This document shows positions 1 through 9,571 of a DNA stretch of 26,685 nt, piece by piece. The position numbers and the translations under genes were made by a program. The stretch lies in NCBI RefSeq assembly GCF_006345805.1, contig NW_021834781.1, positions 1 to 26,685 on the forward strand, read 5' to 3'. The notes beneath the pieces were generated by a model. It did not search any database. It was not told the DNA's origin and saw only the letters and a list, made by a program, of their open reading frames with translations. The DNA comes from Octopus sinensis (taxonomy: Eukaryota). How positions within the stretch are numbered: position 1 is the stretch's first letter; every line of letters begins with the position of its first letter.

Positions 1-106
1 ATTTATAGATAGGCTTACTCAGTTGGTCTATTGACCAATTGAAGTAAATTGAAAGACCTAAGAAAACTGCTTGAATTGATAATCCCTCACTATCTCTCTG
101 TCTTTG

Positions 107-139
<33 letters not shown>

Positions 140-184
140 TATATATATATATATATATATATTACATACATAGCGCTGCTTGAC

Positions 185-441
185 CGGTGTCCGTGTCAGT
201 GACACATAAAAGCACCAACCAATCGTGGCCGTTTGCCAGCCTGCTCTGGCCCCGTGCTGTGGCACGTAAAAAACACCGACTACACTCCAGAGTGGTTGGT
301 GTTAGGAAGGGCATCCAGCTGTAGAAACACTACCAGATCAGACTAGAGCTTGGTGCAGCCTCCATGGCTTACCAGACCCCGGTCGAACCGTCCAACCCAT
401 GCTAGCATGGAAAATGGACGTTAAATGATGAGGATAATGAT
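185..441 (+). mobile_element. Family A (GAT)n-tailed retroposon, 3' part
   Basis: Contains GGTTGGTGTTAGGAAGGGCATCCAGC, the palindrome CCATGCTAGCATGG and a GAT tail, as in about 11 other copies in the window. Confidence 0.9.
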
Positions 442-443
442 AT

Positions 444-475
<32 letters not shown>

Positions 476-642
476 ATAGAATACATACAACTTGTAAACA
501 AGGGCAAAAGAAAATTTATTTCTATGCTAATATGCTGATAAACTTTAAATCATCAATTTCCACATGACAATAGGAAGAGTGTCTGGCCATAGAAAAGTTT
601 GCTTTGATAAAATTCCATCTGACATACGTGGTCATGGAAAAG

Positions 643-793
643 TGTGAACGCATGTGGCTTAGTGATTAGGGTGTAGGTCTTGTGATCATAAGATAGTGGT
701 TTCAATCCCTTGACTGGACGATGTGTTGTGTCCTTGAGCAAAACACTTAATTTCACGCTGCTCTAGTTCACTCAGTTGGCAAAAATTGGTAAT
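643..793 (+). mobile_element. Family E: degenerate tRNA-headed SINE with CORE-like central domain
   Basis: A-box-like TGGCTTAGTGATTAGG and B-box-like GGTTTCAATCCC, followed by GTGTCCTTGAGCAAAACACTTAA, which resembles the CORE-SINE motif from memory. Confidence 0.65.
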
Positions 794-820
794 ATTGTGA
801 CGGACCAGTGTCCCTTCCCT

Positions 821-1340
821 CATCACCATCGTCATTATTTACCATCCATTTTCCATGCTGGCATGGGTTGGACTGTTTGGCTGAAATCTGGGGAGCAGCA
901 TTAGGTTCCAATCTGGTTTGGCATGGTCTCTACAGTTGAATGCCTTTACCAATGCCAAACATTCCAAGAGTGAGTGGATTTGGTTGACAGAAACTGAAAG
1001 AAGCCCGTCGTGTATATCATCATCATCATCGTTTAACCAGTCTTATCTGGCAATGTTTCTACAGCTGGATGCCCTTCCTAACGCCAACCACTCCATGAGT
1101 GTAGTGGGTGCTTTTTACGTGCCACCCGCACAGGTGCCAGGCGAGGCTGGCAACGGCCACGGTCGGATTGGTGCATTTTACGTGTCACCGGCACGGAAGC
1201 CAGTCGAGGCGGCACTGGCTTCGGCCACGATTCGGATGGTGCTTTTTACGTGCCACCGGCACGGAAGCCAGTCGAGGCGGCGCTGGCATCGGCCACGATT
1301 CGGACAGTGCTTTTTACGTACCACCAGTCCAGGGCCCTGG
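821..1340 (-). mobile_element. Two family A fragments (821-972, 1018-1340) joined by a short family B piece (976-1016)
   Basis: Both start with (CAT)n and carry GCTGGATGCCCTTCCTAACGCC-like blocks. The second has three ~60-bp units. GGATTTGGTTGACAGAAACTGAAAGAAGCCCGTCG between them is family B. Confidence 0.85.
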
Positions 1341-1391
1341 CATATATATATATATATATATATGCCACCAGTGCAATGCCAGTTTTGTAAC

Positions 1392-1570
1392 ACTGGTATC
1401 GACCATGATTATGGTCTCATTCGGTTTGATCTCACTTCCCCATCCAAGTGGAGAATACATATGCCATGGAAATCGGGAAACCAGCCTTTATGAGTTGGCA
1501 TGATTTGAAAAGGAATCTTTACCTTTACTAATCGTGGAAAAGTGAATGTTAAAACGATGATGATGATGAG
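1392..1570 (+). mobile_element. Probable 3' end of another (GAT)n-tailed retroposon
   Basis: Ends GTGAATGTTAAAACGATGATGATG, like family A termini, but the upstream body differs. Confidence 0.5.
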
Positions 1571-1721
1571 GAGGAGGGGGAGGATGGGAGAAAGGATAAT
1601 GACCCTTGAAGAATAAAAGGCAAGACTGACGTCAGTGGGATTTGAATGTAGAGATCAAAGATGCATGACAAATACCACTGACCAACTTATTCAGTGCTCT
1701 GATTACTCTGCCAGATCACTT

Positions 1722-1983
1722 CACACACACACGCACATACACACACATGCACACACACACACTCACACACACACACACACACACGTACACTCACACACAC
1801 ACGCTCTCTCACACACACACGCACACTCACTCACACACGCACTCACACACACACGCACACTCACTCACACACACTCTCTCACTCACACATGCTCTCTTAC
1901 ACACACACGCCCACTCACACACGCACACACTCACACACACACACACACACACTCACACGTGCGCGCACACACACACACACACA
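1722..1983. repeat. Long interrupted (CA)n/(CACT)n microsatellite
   Basis: Directly visible; it explains the His/Thr-rich ORFs at 1635 and 1747. Confidence 0.97.
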
Positions 1984-2213
1984 TAGAGCTTAGATTTGGT
2001 GGTTTTTAATGCTACACGCTTTATCGAATATTCTAATCCCTTGTTACTCAAAGAACATTTATCGCACAATGATAGGCCGGACATTGAAAGGAAAAGACAA
2101 AAAAATAAATAAAAAAAATAAAAAAATAAAAACCCTTTTAGTAAGAATGGATTTATTAATCAGGCGGATAATTGTGTCATTTTTTGGATGCAGTCCAGGG
2201 AGCAATTCGCATT

Positions 2214-2253
2214 TCACTGAAGAAGACACAACACAGTGTTCTTGGTCTCAGTT
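2214..2253 (-). CDS. Candidate terminal coding exon (E4) of a hypothetical small CaaX protein
   Basis: Strong acceptor TTTTTATATTTTACTTTCAATCACAG. Phase-2 frame reads (G)TETKNTVLCLLQ*. AATAAA near 2152-2157 on the minus strand is followed by a T-rich tract. No homology support. Confidence 0.3.
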
Positions 2254-2362
2254 CTGTGATTGAAAGTAAAATATAAAAAATGTATCAGCTGTATATAAAT
2301 ATTATATAATACTGAATAAGGCAAGTTTCCTTGTTTTATGCCATTATATGCATACATATGTA

Positions 2363-2740
2363 CAAGGGGTATATGAAAAGTATTGAGCTTTCAAGTCCTT
2401 GAGCTTTCAAATTTTGTGTCTTGAAGTCATGAACCTTAATCAGAAATCTTGTACCATGTTTTTTTTTCTTTGAGTCTCAAGACTTTTCATACCTATTTCT
2501 TTACCACCCACAAGGGGCTAAACACATAGCAGACAAACAAGGACAGACATAGGTATTAAGTCGATTACATCGACCCCAGTGCGTAACTGGTACTTAATTT
2601 ATCGACCCCGAAAGGATGAAAGGCAAAGTCGGCCTCGGCAGAATTTGAACTCACAACGTAACGCAGACGAAATACCATTAAGCATATCGCCAGGCGCGCT
2701 AACCATTCTGCCAGCTCGCCGCCTTTTCATACCCCCCTCA
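2363..2740. mobile_element. Tc1/mariner-like MITE whose right TIR is interrupted by a family C SINE
   Basis: TA then CAAGGGGTATATGAAAAGT on the left. The right TIR reconstructs as ACTTTTCATACC+CCCCTCA once the SINE and one TSD copy are removed. Confidence 0.6.
2494..2722 (-). mobile_element. Family C tRNA-headed SINE, full length, 11-bp TSD
   Basis: Matches the copies at 15618 and 20846. TSD CTTTTCATACC at 2483-2493 and 2723-2733. Confidence 0.92.
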
Positions 2741-2773
2741 TTTCTGTGTATGTTTGTACATACATATATACAT

Positions 2774-3142
2774 ACAGGCATGGCTGTGTGGTAAGAAACT
2801 TGCTTCCCTACAACATGGTTCCGGGTTAAATCCCACTGCATGGCATCGTGGGCAAGTGTCTTCTACTGTAGGCTTGGGCTAACCAAAGCCTCCTGAGTGG
2901 AATTGGTAGGCAGAAACGTGTGTGTGTGTGCCTTTATGTCTGTATCTGTTGCCTAATCACTGCTTGACAACTATTGTTGGTGTACTTATATCTCTACAAC
3001 TTAGCAGTTTGGCAAAAGAGACCAATATAGGTACTAGGCTTTAAAGAAAATAAGCTCTGGGGCTGATTTGTTTGACTAAAAACCCCTTCAAGGCAGTGCT
3101 CCATCATGGCCACAGTCAAATGACTGAAACAAGTGAAAGAAT
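2774..3142 (+). mobile_element. Family B tRNA-headed SINE, diverged full-length copy
   Basis: TGGCTGTGTGGTAAG head, internal (TG)n and the CAGTCAAATGACTGAAACAAG end. Confidence 0.9.
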
Positions 3143-3197
3143 ACACACACACACATACACACACGTGTGTGTGTATGTATGTGAGTATGTACATGCA

Positions 3198-3379
3198 TTT
3201 GCTTGAGACCATTCTTAGTTCTATAACACAAATTTCCTGGCTTAAAATAATGTTAATTTAATTTCTAAGCTCCATTTTAGAAATGGCAATGTTATTTTAG
3301 TAAATTCTTTGTTATTTTTGAAAATTAATCAAAACAAAGGTTGCATATTTCAACAGAAATATGATAACAAATGAGTTAA
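3198..3379 (-). mobile_element. Partial copy of the TTAA-flanked MITE
   Basis: Reverse-complement similarity to 8351-8560; ends in GAGTTAA. Confidence 0.7.
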
Positions 3380-3513
3380 CCTCAAAAGAATTCCAGATAC
3401 AAAAGTCTCTCTAAGTAATAATGTTGTTAAGTTTTTTGTTTTTTTCTCAAGTTATTCCATTAAGGAAATTAGGAAGACACAATAGATAGATGATCACAAA
3501 AATAGATACATAC

Positions 3514-3565
3514 CCTGAAGCACAACAGTCAAAAAGAAACATGATTCCCTGGTTCAGGCTGACAC
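3514..3565 (-). CDS. Candidate internal exon (E3), 52 nt
   Basis: Acceptor ...CCCTGTGCAATCCTAG and donor GG|GTATGT. Only the phase-1 frame is open throughout: (G)VSLNQGIMFLFDCCAS(G). No homology support. Confidence 0.3.
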
Positions 3566-3695
3566 CTAGGATTGCACAGGGTGGGTAATCCTACCTTAGT
3601 TCTTTTGATAGGTAAATACTTGGTTCGCTTCACTGGATTATGAATATTTTCAGGAGTGTAAATTCAAAACAATTACAAAGAATGTGGAGATGGAT

Positions 3696-3773
3696 ACATC
3701 TTCAAATTTTTTCTCTCAATTTTTCCAGTTAATTACACAGCTGGAAAAATCAAGAGAAACAATTTGAAGATGT
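3696..3773. other. Long imperfect inverted repeat (33-bp stem, 3 mismatches)
   Basis: ACATCTTCAAATTTTTTCTCTCAATTTTTCCAG pairs with CTGGAAAAATCAAGAGAAACAATTTGAAGATGT; paired by hand. Confidence 0.9.
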
Positions 3774-3937
3774 TCCAGACTCTGTATCCCTTTGAGAAAA
3801 AATACATATTCAAATAAGTAAAACATAATATCATGAATAGCAATAGCGAAACCGGTCGATATATTAAAAATTACATTAAAACTATGTAAGTGTGCATATT
3901 TTCCTGTTTTAATTTCTTATATATATATATATATATA

Positions 3938-4110
3938 GGTACAGGTGTCGGTGTATGGTAATAAGTTTGTTTCCCAGTCACATGATTCTGAATTCAGTCA
4001 TGCCATATGGCACATTGAACAAATGTCGTCCACTATGGTCACAGGCCAGCCGAAGCCTTGTGAGCAGATTTGGTAGACAGAAACTGAAAGGAGCCTGTTT
4101 TGTGTGTGAG
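3938..4110 (+). mobile_element. Family B 5' half, diverged
   Basis: Head through GATTTGGTAGACAGAAACTGAAAGGAGCCTG, ending at a microsatellite. Confidence 0.8.
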
Positions 4111-4159
4111 TGTTTATATATATCTGTGTATGTGTGTGTATATGCATATATGAAAAAGA

Positions 4160-4356
4160 AGTAATTTCTACTCTTCTCCTCTGGAAGCCATCTACTCGCA
4201 ACACCAGAGGGTGCACACTCTCCTACCCTGATGTAATCTCCAGGGATACAGGCATCCAGCAACAGGACCTCCGTAATGCTATGATGGACCGTGAAGTCTG
4301 GCGCAACATAGTAAATTCCATTGTCTCGACCACGGTCGAACAATGATGATGATGAT
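4160..4356 (+). mobile_element. 5'-truncated RTE-clade LINE remnant (ORF2 C-terminus plus GAT tail)
   Basis: Translation LLWKPSTRNTRGCTLSYPDVISRDTG...LRNAMMDREVWRNIV matches the remembered RTE ORF2 C-terminal pattern (LW.P...RG....Y.D....D.G......M.DR..WR..V). A (GAT)n tail follows the stop. Confidence 0.8.
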
Positions 4357-4658
4357 TTATATATATACACACACACATATATAGAGTGAACTGTATGGAT
4401 GTTTTGCGTTTTTGTCCCATTTTTGTATTATATATATATATATATATGATATTAATGTATGTTATTTTTTCAATGTTTACAAATAACACGGAAAAAATAT
4501 AAATAAATAGTTACCAGGGTAGCAAAAAATTCACGTAAGTACCAAGGATGTTACAGCCTACTTATAAAGGTAGAAATTCCAGGGTTTAGTGAAATGTTTT
4601 TGCATAACAGATAAATAAAGAAATGGAGTTAAATGCAGATGTTATTCAAATCTTTCTA

Positions 4659-4747
4659 CTTCCGACATATGTTTCAAAGAAAACATTGGTATTATTTCAG
4701 AGAGAATAAAATGATGTAAAACATTGCGATCTTCTCATCAGGGAGAA
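4659..4747 (-). ncRNA. Type I hammerhead ribozyme motif with intact core
   Basis: Minus strand reads CC-CTGATGA-GAAGA-(49 nt)-TCTTT-GAAAC-ATAT-GTC-GGA. Core CUGAUGA/GAAA/GUC is present, with a 5-bp helix II, palindromic helix III ACATATGT and a 3-bp helix I. Confidence 0.7.
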
Positions 4748-4787
4748 AAGAGAAACAAAACACATCAATAAGCCATTTTAAGCAAAT

Positions 4788-5180
4788 GGAGTGGCTGTGT
4801 GGTAAGTAGCTTGCTAACCAACCACATGGTTGCAGGTTCAGTCCCACTGCGTGGCATCTTGGGCAAGTGTCTTCTGCTATAGCCCCGGTCCGACCAATGC
4901 CTTGTGAGTGGATTTGGTAGACGGAAACTGAAAGAAGTCTGTCGTATATATATATATATGTATGTGTGTGTGTTTGTGTGTCTGTTTTTTTTCCCCTAGT
5001 ATTGCTTGACAACTGATGCTGGTGTGTTTACGTCCCCGTCACTTAGCGGTTCGGCAAAAGAGACCGATAGAATAAGTACTGGGCTTACAAAAAGAATAAG
5101 TCCCGGGGTCGATTTGCTCGACTAAAGGCGGTGCTCCAGCATGGCCGCAGTCAAATGACTGAAACAAGTAAAAGAGTAAA
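4788..5180 (+). mobile_element. Family B SINE, young near-full-length copy
   Basis: A box TGGCTGTGTGG, B box GGTTCAGTCCC, internal microsatellite and (GTAAAAGA)n tail. Confidence 0.95.
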
Positions 5181-5598
5181 TGTGATGACTGCGTATATGA
5201 TGAGGGGAATGCTGGCAAGTTATTTAAAAAAAAAAAAAAACGTAAATAGATTTAATGTCAAATGCAATTTAGAGAAAGAAAGAAATTAGCAGAAAACCAA
5301 GAGTGGAGACATGGAGTGCAATAGATTAATGGGAAAAAAGCCTAAAGGCATGGAAATAGATATATTTAGTGGAAATGAAATGTAAGAAGACAGTTAAAGG
5401 TCGAATTTTTTAACTCGCCAGCTTTCTTTTCATCATATAAACAGCAACCACATCCATATATATATATATATATATATAAAAAGAGCAATAAAGATTCAAG
5501 TTAATTTAAAAAAATTTACTTGAATATGGTACCTAACTTAGATGCACCAAAAAAAAACTATACTGATTTAACAATACAGTAATGTGGGGTGATTATAA

Positions 5599-5680
5599 GC
5601 GAGAAAGAAGCAACAAGAATGGATAGGTCTTTAGTACGATCGTACTAAAAACCTATCCATTCTTGTTGCTTCTTTCTCGC
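5599..5680. repeat. 82-bp near-perfect palindrome (fold-back MITE-like)
   Basis: 41-bp arms, no spacer, centre CGATCG, one mismatch (C5629/A5650), TATA on both flanks. Confidence 0.95.
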
Positions 5681-5797
5681 GTATATATATATATATATAT
5701 ATATACATACACACAATATACATACATATAGACATATATTATATACACAGATGTATATACATACACACATACATATGTGTGTGTGTGTGTATGTATA

Positions 5798-6092
5798 CAT
5801 AAAAACACCATCCGAGCGTGGCCGTCTGCCAGCCTCGTCTGGCACCTGTGTCGGTGGCACATAAAAACACCATCCGAGCGTGGCCGTTCGCCAGCCTCGT
5901 CTGGCACCTGTGTCGGTGGCACATAAAATCACCCACTACACTCTCGGAGTGGTTGGCGTTAGGAAGGGCATCCAGCTGTAGAAACACTGCCAGATCTGAC
6001 TGGCCTGGTGCAGCCTTCGGGCTCCCCAGACCCCAGTTGAACCGTCCAACCCATGCTAGCATGGAAAACGGACGCTAAATGATGATGATGAT
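5798..6092 (+). mobile_element. Family A copy with two ~57-bp tandem units
   Basis: Repeated AAAAACACCATCCGAGCGTGGCCGT...GGTGGCACAT units, then the conserved 3' block and GAT tail. Confidence 0.93.
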
Positions 6093-6107
6093 TTATATAT
6101 ATATATA

Positions 6108-6560
6108 TAGTTAATCCAAACAAGAAAACACAAAAAAAACAAAAACACAACAACGCGAGAACGTGGAACAAATAAAGTATTATTGGATATTCAGGAAAGA
6201 AGGGAAGAAGGAGGGTTTAACGTTTCGAGCGGAGCTCTTCATCAGAAACAAAGGAGAAGGAAAGATCCCGAGAAGGGAAGACAGAGGAAAAAAAATTGCT
6301 GGCGGTGCTCACGAGGTCAAAATATCATTGAAATGAGCGATGACTAGAAGGATATTGAGCTTAATTTGATAACCAGCTGATCTAGCAAGCAGGGCCTCAT
6401 ATCAGTGAGCAGGTGGGCCGGTGCGCATTGATGCTGTCGAGAGGTAGGCCCCGAAACAGCGTGCATTCTCTCCTGATGACCTCATACAGTTGCTGGCTTC
6501 CGGTATACGGAGCTTTTGACTGGTAGCACTTGCATGTGCAAGTTGTTTGCAAGACATCTA
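6108..6560 (-). mobile_element. Probable Penelope-like element (PLE) terminal remnant
   Basis: Contains a minimal hammerhead motif typical of PLE terminal repeats. The GC-richer 6300-6560 segment only weakly resembles a GIY-YIG C-terminus, and its boundaries are uncertain. Confidence 0.5.
6215..6249 (-). ncRNA. Minimal type I hammerhead-like motif
   Basis: GTTT-CTGATGA-A-GAGC-TCC-GCTC-GAAAC-GTT-AAAC: 4-bp helix I, 4-bp helix II, palindromic ACGT helix III, one extra A after the core. Confidence 0.6.
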
Positions 6561-6602
6561 AGTATCACTTTCTAGCCAAATAAAGCACCATTTCTTATAT
6601 CA

Positions 6603-7062
6603 ACATCATCATCGTTTAACGTTCGCTTTCCATGCTAGCATGGGTTGGACGATTTGACTGAGGTTTGGCAAACCAGATGGCTGCACCAGGCTCCAATCTG
6701 ATCTGGCAGAGTTTCTACAGTTGGATGCGCTTCCTAACACCAAGCACTCCGAGAGTGTAGTGGGTGCTTTTATGTGCCAGTGGCACAAGGGCCAGTCAGG
6801 CAGTACTGGCAACGGCCACACTCAAATGGTGCTTTTAATGTGCCACCTGCACAGGGGTCAGTCCAGCGACACTGGCAACGATCTTGCTCGAATGTTTTTT
6901 TACATGCCTCCAGCACAAGTGCCAGTAAGGTTATGCAGGTGAGGAGCAGACTCAAATGGTGCTTTTTACGTGCCACTGTCACTGTAGCCAGTTTGTTGCT
7001 CTGGCAACGATCATGCTCAGATGGTACTCTTAGCGCTCCACTAGCACAAATGCCAGTCATCA
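6603..7062 (-). mobile_element. Family A copy with about four degenerate tandem units
   Basis: (CAT)n start, CCATGCTAGCATGG, conserved block, then repeated GGTGCTTTT..GTGCCAC units. Confidence 0.9.
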
Positions 7063-7250
7063 ATTTTGATTTCTATTTCACTTGCCTCAATAGGTCTTCA
7101 CAAGCAGTTTCTTATATATATATATGTATCTTTATATTTATATATTTATAAAACAACGAAAAATATGTGTAGAGAAAATTACATCTTTATTATGGATTTT
7201 GCCTTATAAAGCCTACAATTGTTTCTATTGCATTAACATAAATATATATA

Positions 7251-7414
7251 TAGGCGCAGGAGTGGCTGTGTGGTAAGTAGCTTGCTAACCAACCACATGG
7301 TTGTGGGTTCAGTCCCACTGCGTAGCATCTTGGGCAAGTGTCTTCTGCTATAGCCCCGGGCCGACCAATGCCTTGTGAGTGGATTTGGTAGACGGAAACT
7401 GAAAGAAGTCTGTC

Positions 7415-7462
<48 letters not shown>

Positions 7463-7677
7463 TTGTGTGTCTGTTTTTGTTCCCCTAGCATTGCTTGACA
7501 ACTGATGCTGGTGTGTTTACGTCCCCGTCACATAGCGGTTCGGCAAAAAGAGACCGATAGAATAAGTACTGGGCTTACAAAAAGAATAAGTCCCGGGGTC
7601 GAGTTGCTCGACTAAAGGCGGTGCTCCAGCCTGGCCACAGTCAAATGACTGAAACAAGTAAAAGAGAGTAAAAGAGT
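7251..7677 (+). mobile_element. Family B SINE, young full-length copy
   Basis: Nearly identical to 4788-5180. Confidence 0.95.
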
Positions 7678-8350
7678 ATATATATATATATATACACACA
7701 CATACATTTACTGGTGTCTAATTGTTGAACATTTGTAGCCAAATTCTTCTAATACTGACAGCTTTATTGATGTCAGTATTTTTTAATCCCTTTCTTTTCT
7801 TTTATATATATATATATATAAAACATGTAATGGTTGTACATAGTTTATGTAAATGTGTATGTATATGTATGTTCATATATATATATATATATGTATAATG
7901 TTTATGTATGTTTATATATGTATAGAATATTTATATACAGTTTTATATATATTTATTTTGTTTATGATATACATTTATCGTATATATACCACCACTTTTT
8001 CTATAAGGTCTAGCTACCATGTAACGACTCCCTCTGATCATACATCTGTTTGTGAGTATAATGTGATTTAAAAGAGGAATGGCTGCTGTTTCTTTTAGAT
8101 GAAAAGCTCCCTCTTTGGAGCATACTGAAGTTATGTTATCCAAAGCATCAACAACCATTCAAATTGTGGGAATCACTTTTCTTTTTGATTCTTATTCTTC
8201 AGGGCATATATCTATTTTTGTGATCGTTTATTGATTGTGGCTTTCTAATTTCCTTAATGGAATGAACTTTAAAAAAAAAAAAAAAGGGGGCAATCTTAAA
8301 AACTTTATTGCTTAGAGAGACTTTTATATTTGGAATCCATTTGAGGTTAA

Positions 8351-8575
8351 ACCTTTCTTTATCATATTACTGTTGAAATATGCAGCCTTTGTTTTGTTTA
8401 ATTTTCAAAAATAACAAAGAATTTATACTAAAATAACATTGCCATTTTTAAATTGGAGCTTAGAACTTAAATTAACATGAAATTTTGATGGAAGGTTTTA
8501 GTTTAGATTATTTCAAAACAGGAAATTTGTGTTATTGAACCAAGAATGGTCTCAAGCAAAGTGGTATGAAAAGAG
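8351..8575. mobile_element. TTAA-flanked MITE (piggyBac-like target site)
   Basis: TTAA at 8347-8350 and 8576-8579, degenerate ~14-bp TIRs (ACCTTTCTTTATCA / TGGTATGAAAAGAG), second copy at 3198-3379. Confidence 0.6.
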
Positions 8576-8756
8576 TTAAAACTAGAATAAACCATAAAAT
8601 GCAAATGCAAAATCATTTTCAGGATTCCTTTGCTTCTGTGGAGAAATTTCTTTTCTTCTGTATATTGAAATTTAATCACAAACCCAACATTGTTTAATCT
8701 CTTCTTGTTTTATTCATCTCCTTGTTAATACAATTTTATAAGACTGTTTCAAAGTA

Positions 8757-8945
8757 GTTGCTGTTTAGCTCCAGGTCAGATCTGTCAAGCGGTACTTTGA
8801 TCAAAAGTGTTATAACTGTGACAATTCTATCTTTATTCAGGCAAGAGTGTTTCTAGGATTAGACAAAGCTTTCTTCTATTAATTCACAGTATTGTGATTT
8901 CAGGGAGGTTTTCTGCTATTTCAACTACGTCAAGCAATCACATGC
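8757..8945 (-). mobile_element. Family G (AAC)n-tailed repeat, diverged; related fragments near 12935-12990 (+) and 22731-22930 (-)
   Basis: GTTGCTGTTTAGCTCCAGGTCAG start resembles the reverse complement of GTTGACTCGGGGCTAAACTAACAAC at 12961; GCTATTTC block is shared. Similarity is low. Confidence 0.5.
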
Positions 8946-9227
8946 ACCTTGTTTTATGCCATTGTATGCATTCATATGTATAATGCATGTTTGTACACAC
9001 ATGGTTCAAGATTACAGAAAACAAAAGATGAACACAGGTGTATCAGTTTCATGCTCGGGAAGAATAGAAAAGTCTTTGATGTTTTGAGCCTATGCTTTTC
9101 AGCAGAAAGGGTTCAGAGGAAAAATTGGAGGAAGAAAAAGAGCAAGAAGAAATCCGTGGAGAGAAAAGAAATGAGTAGGGATTAACAGTTCAATGTGATG
9201 AAATGTGAATATGTATGTTTGTATGTA

Positions 9228-9284
<57 letters not shown>

Positions 9285-9285
<1 letters not shown>

Positions 9286-9571
9286 GATGCGCAATGGCCT
9301 AATGGTTAGGACAGCGGACTCGCGGTCACAGGATCGTGGTTTTGATTCCCAGACCGGGCGTTGTGAGTGTTTATTGAGCGAAAACACCTAAAAGCTCCAC
9401 GAAGCTCCGGCAGGGATGGTGGTGATCCCTGCTGTACTCTTTCACCATTCTTTCTTCTGTTGGCCTGCTTGCTTAGCCAGCAGGGTGGCATCATTCGAAG
9501 GCTAAAACAATGTGAACGCATTGTGACGAGCGATGTGTAACAACATCTGATGGTCTGGTCGGTCACGTGAT

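Noticed and set aside
1635-2009. His/Thr-rich ORFs and the many YIYI/CVCV ORFs in the track
   Set aside because: They are translations of (CA)n, (TA)n and (TG)n microsatellites.
6430-6470. Plus-strand hammerhead-like string CTGTCGA-GAGG..CCCC-GAAAC-AGC-GTG
   Set aside because: The core has A6>T and the site is GUG rather than NUH; at best a decayed relic.
6300-6560. GIY-YIG endonuclease coding remnant
   Set aside because: Only a faint LDQLVIKLSSIS similarity with stop codons nearby; not reportable as a CDS.
7750-7780. Perfect 10-bp hairpin AATACTGACA/TGTCAGTATT whose start resembles miR-8/miR-200 (TAATACTG)
   Set aside because: Only 30 nt, too short for a pre-miRNA, and it differs from the conserved mature miR-8 at several positions.
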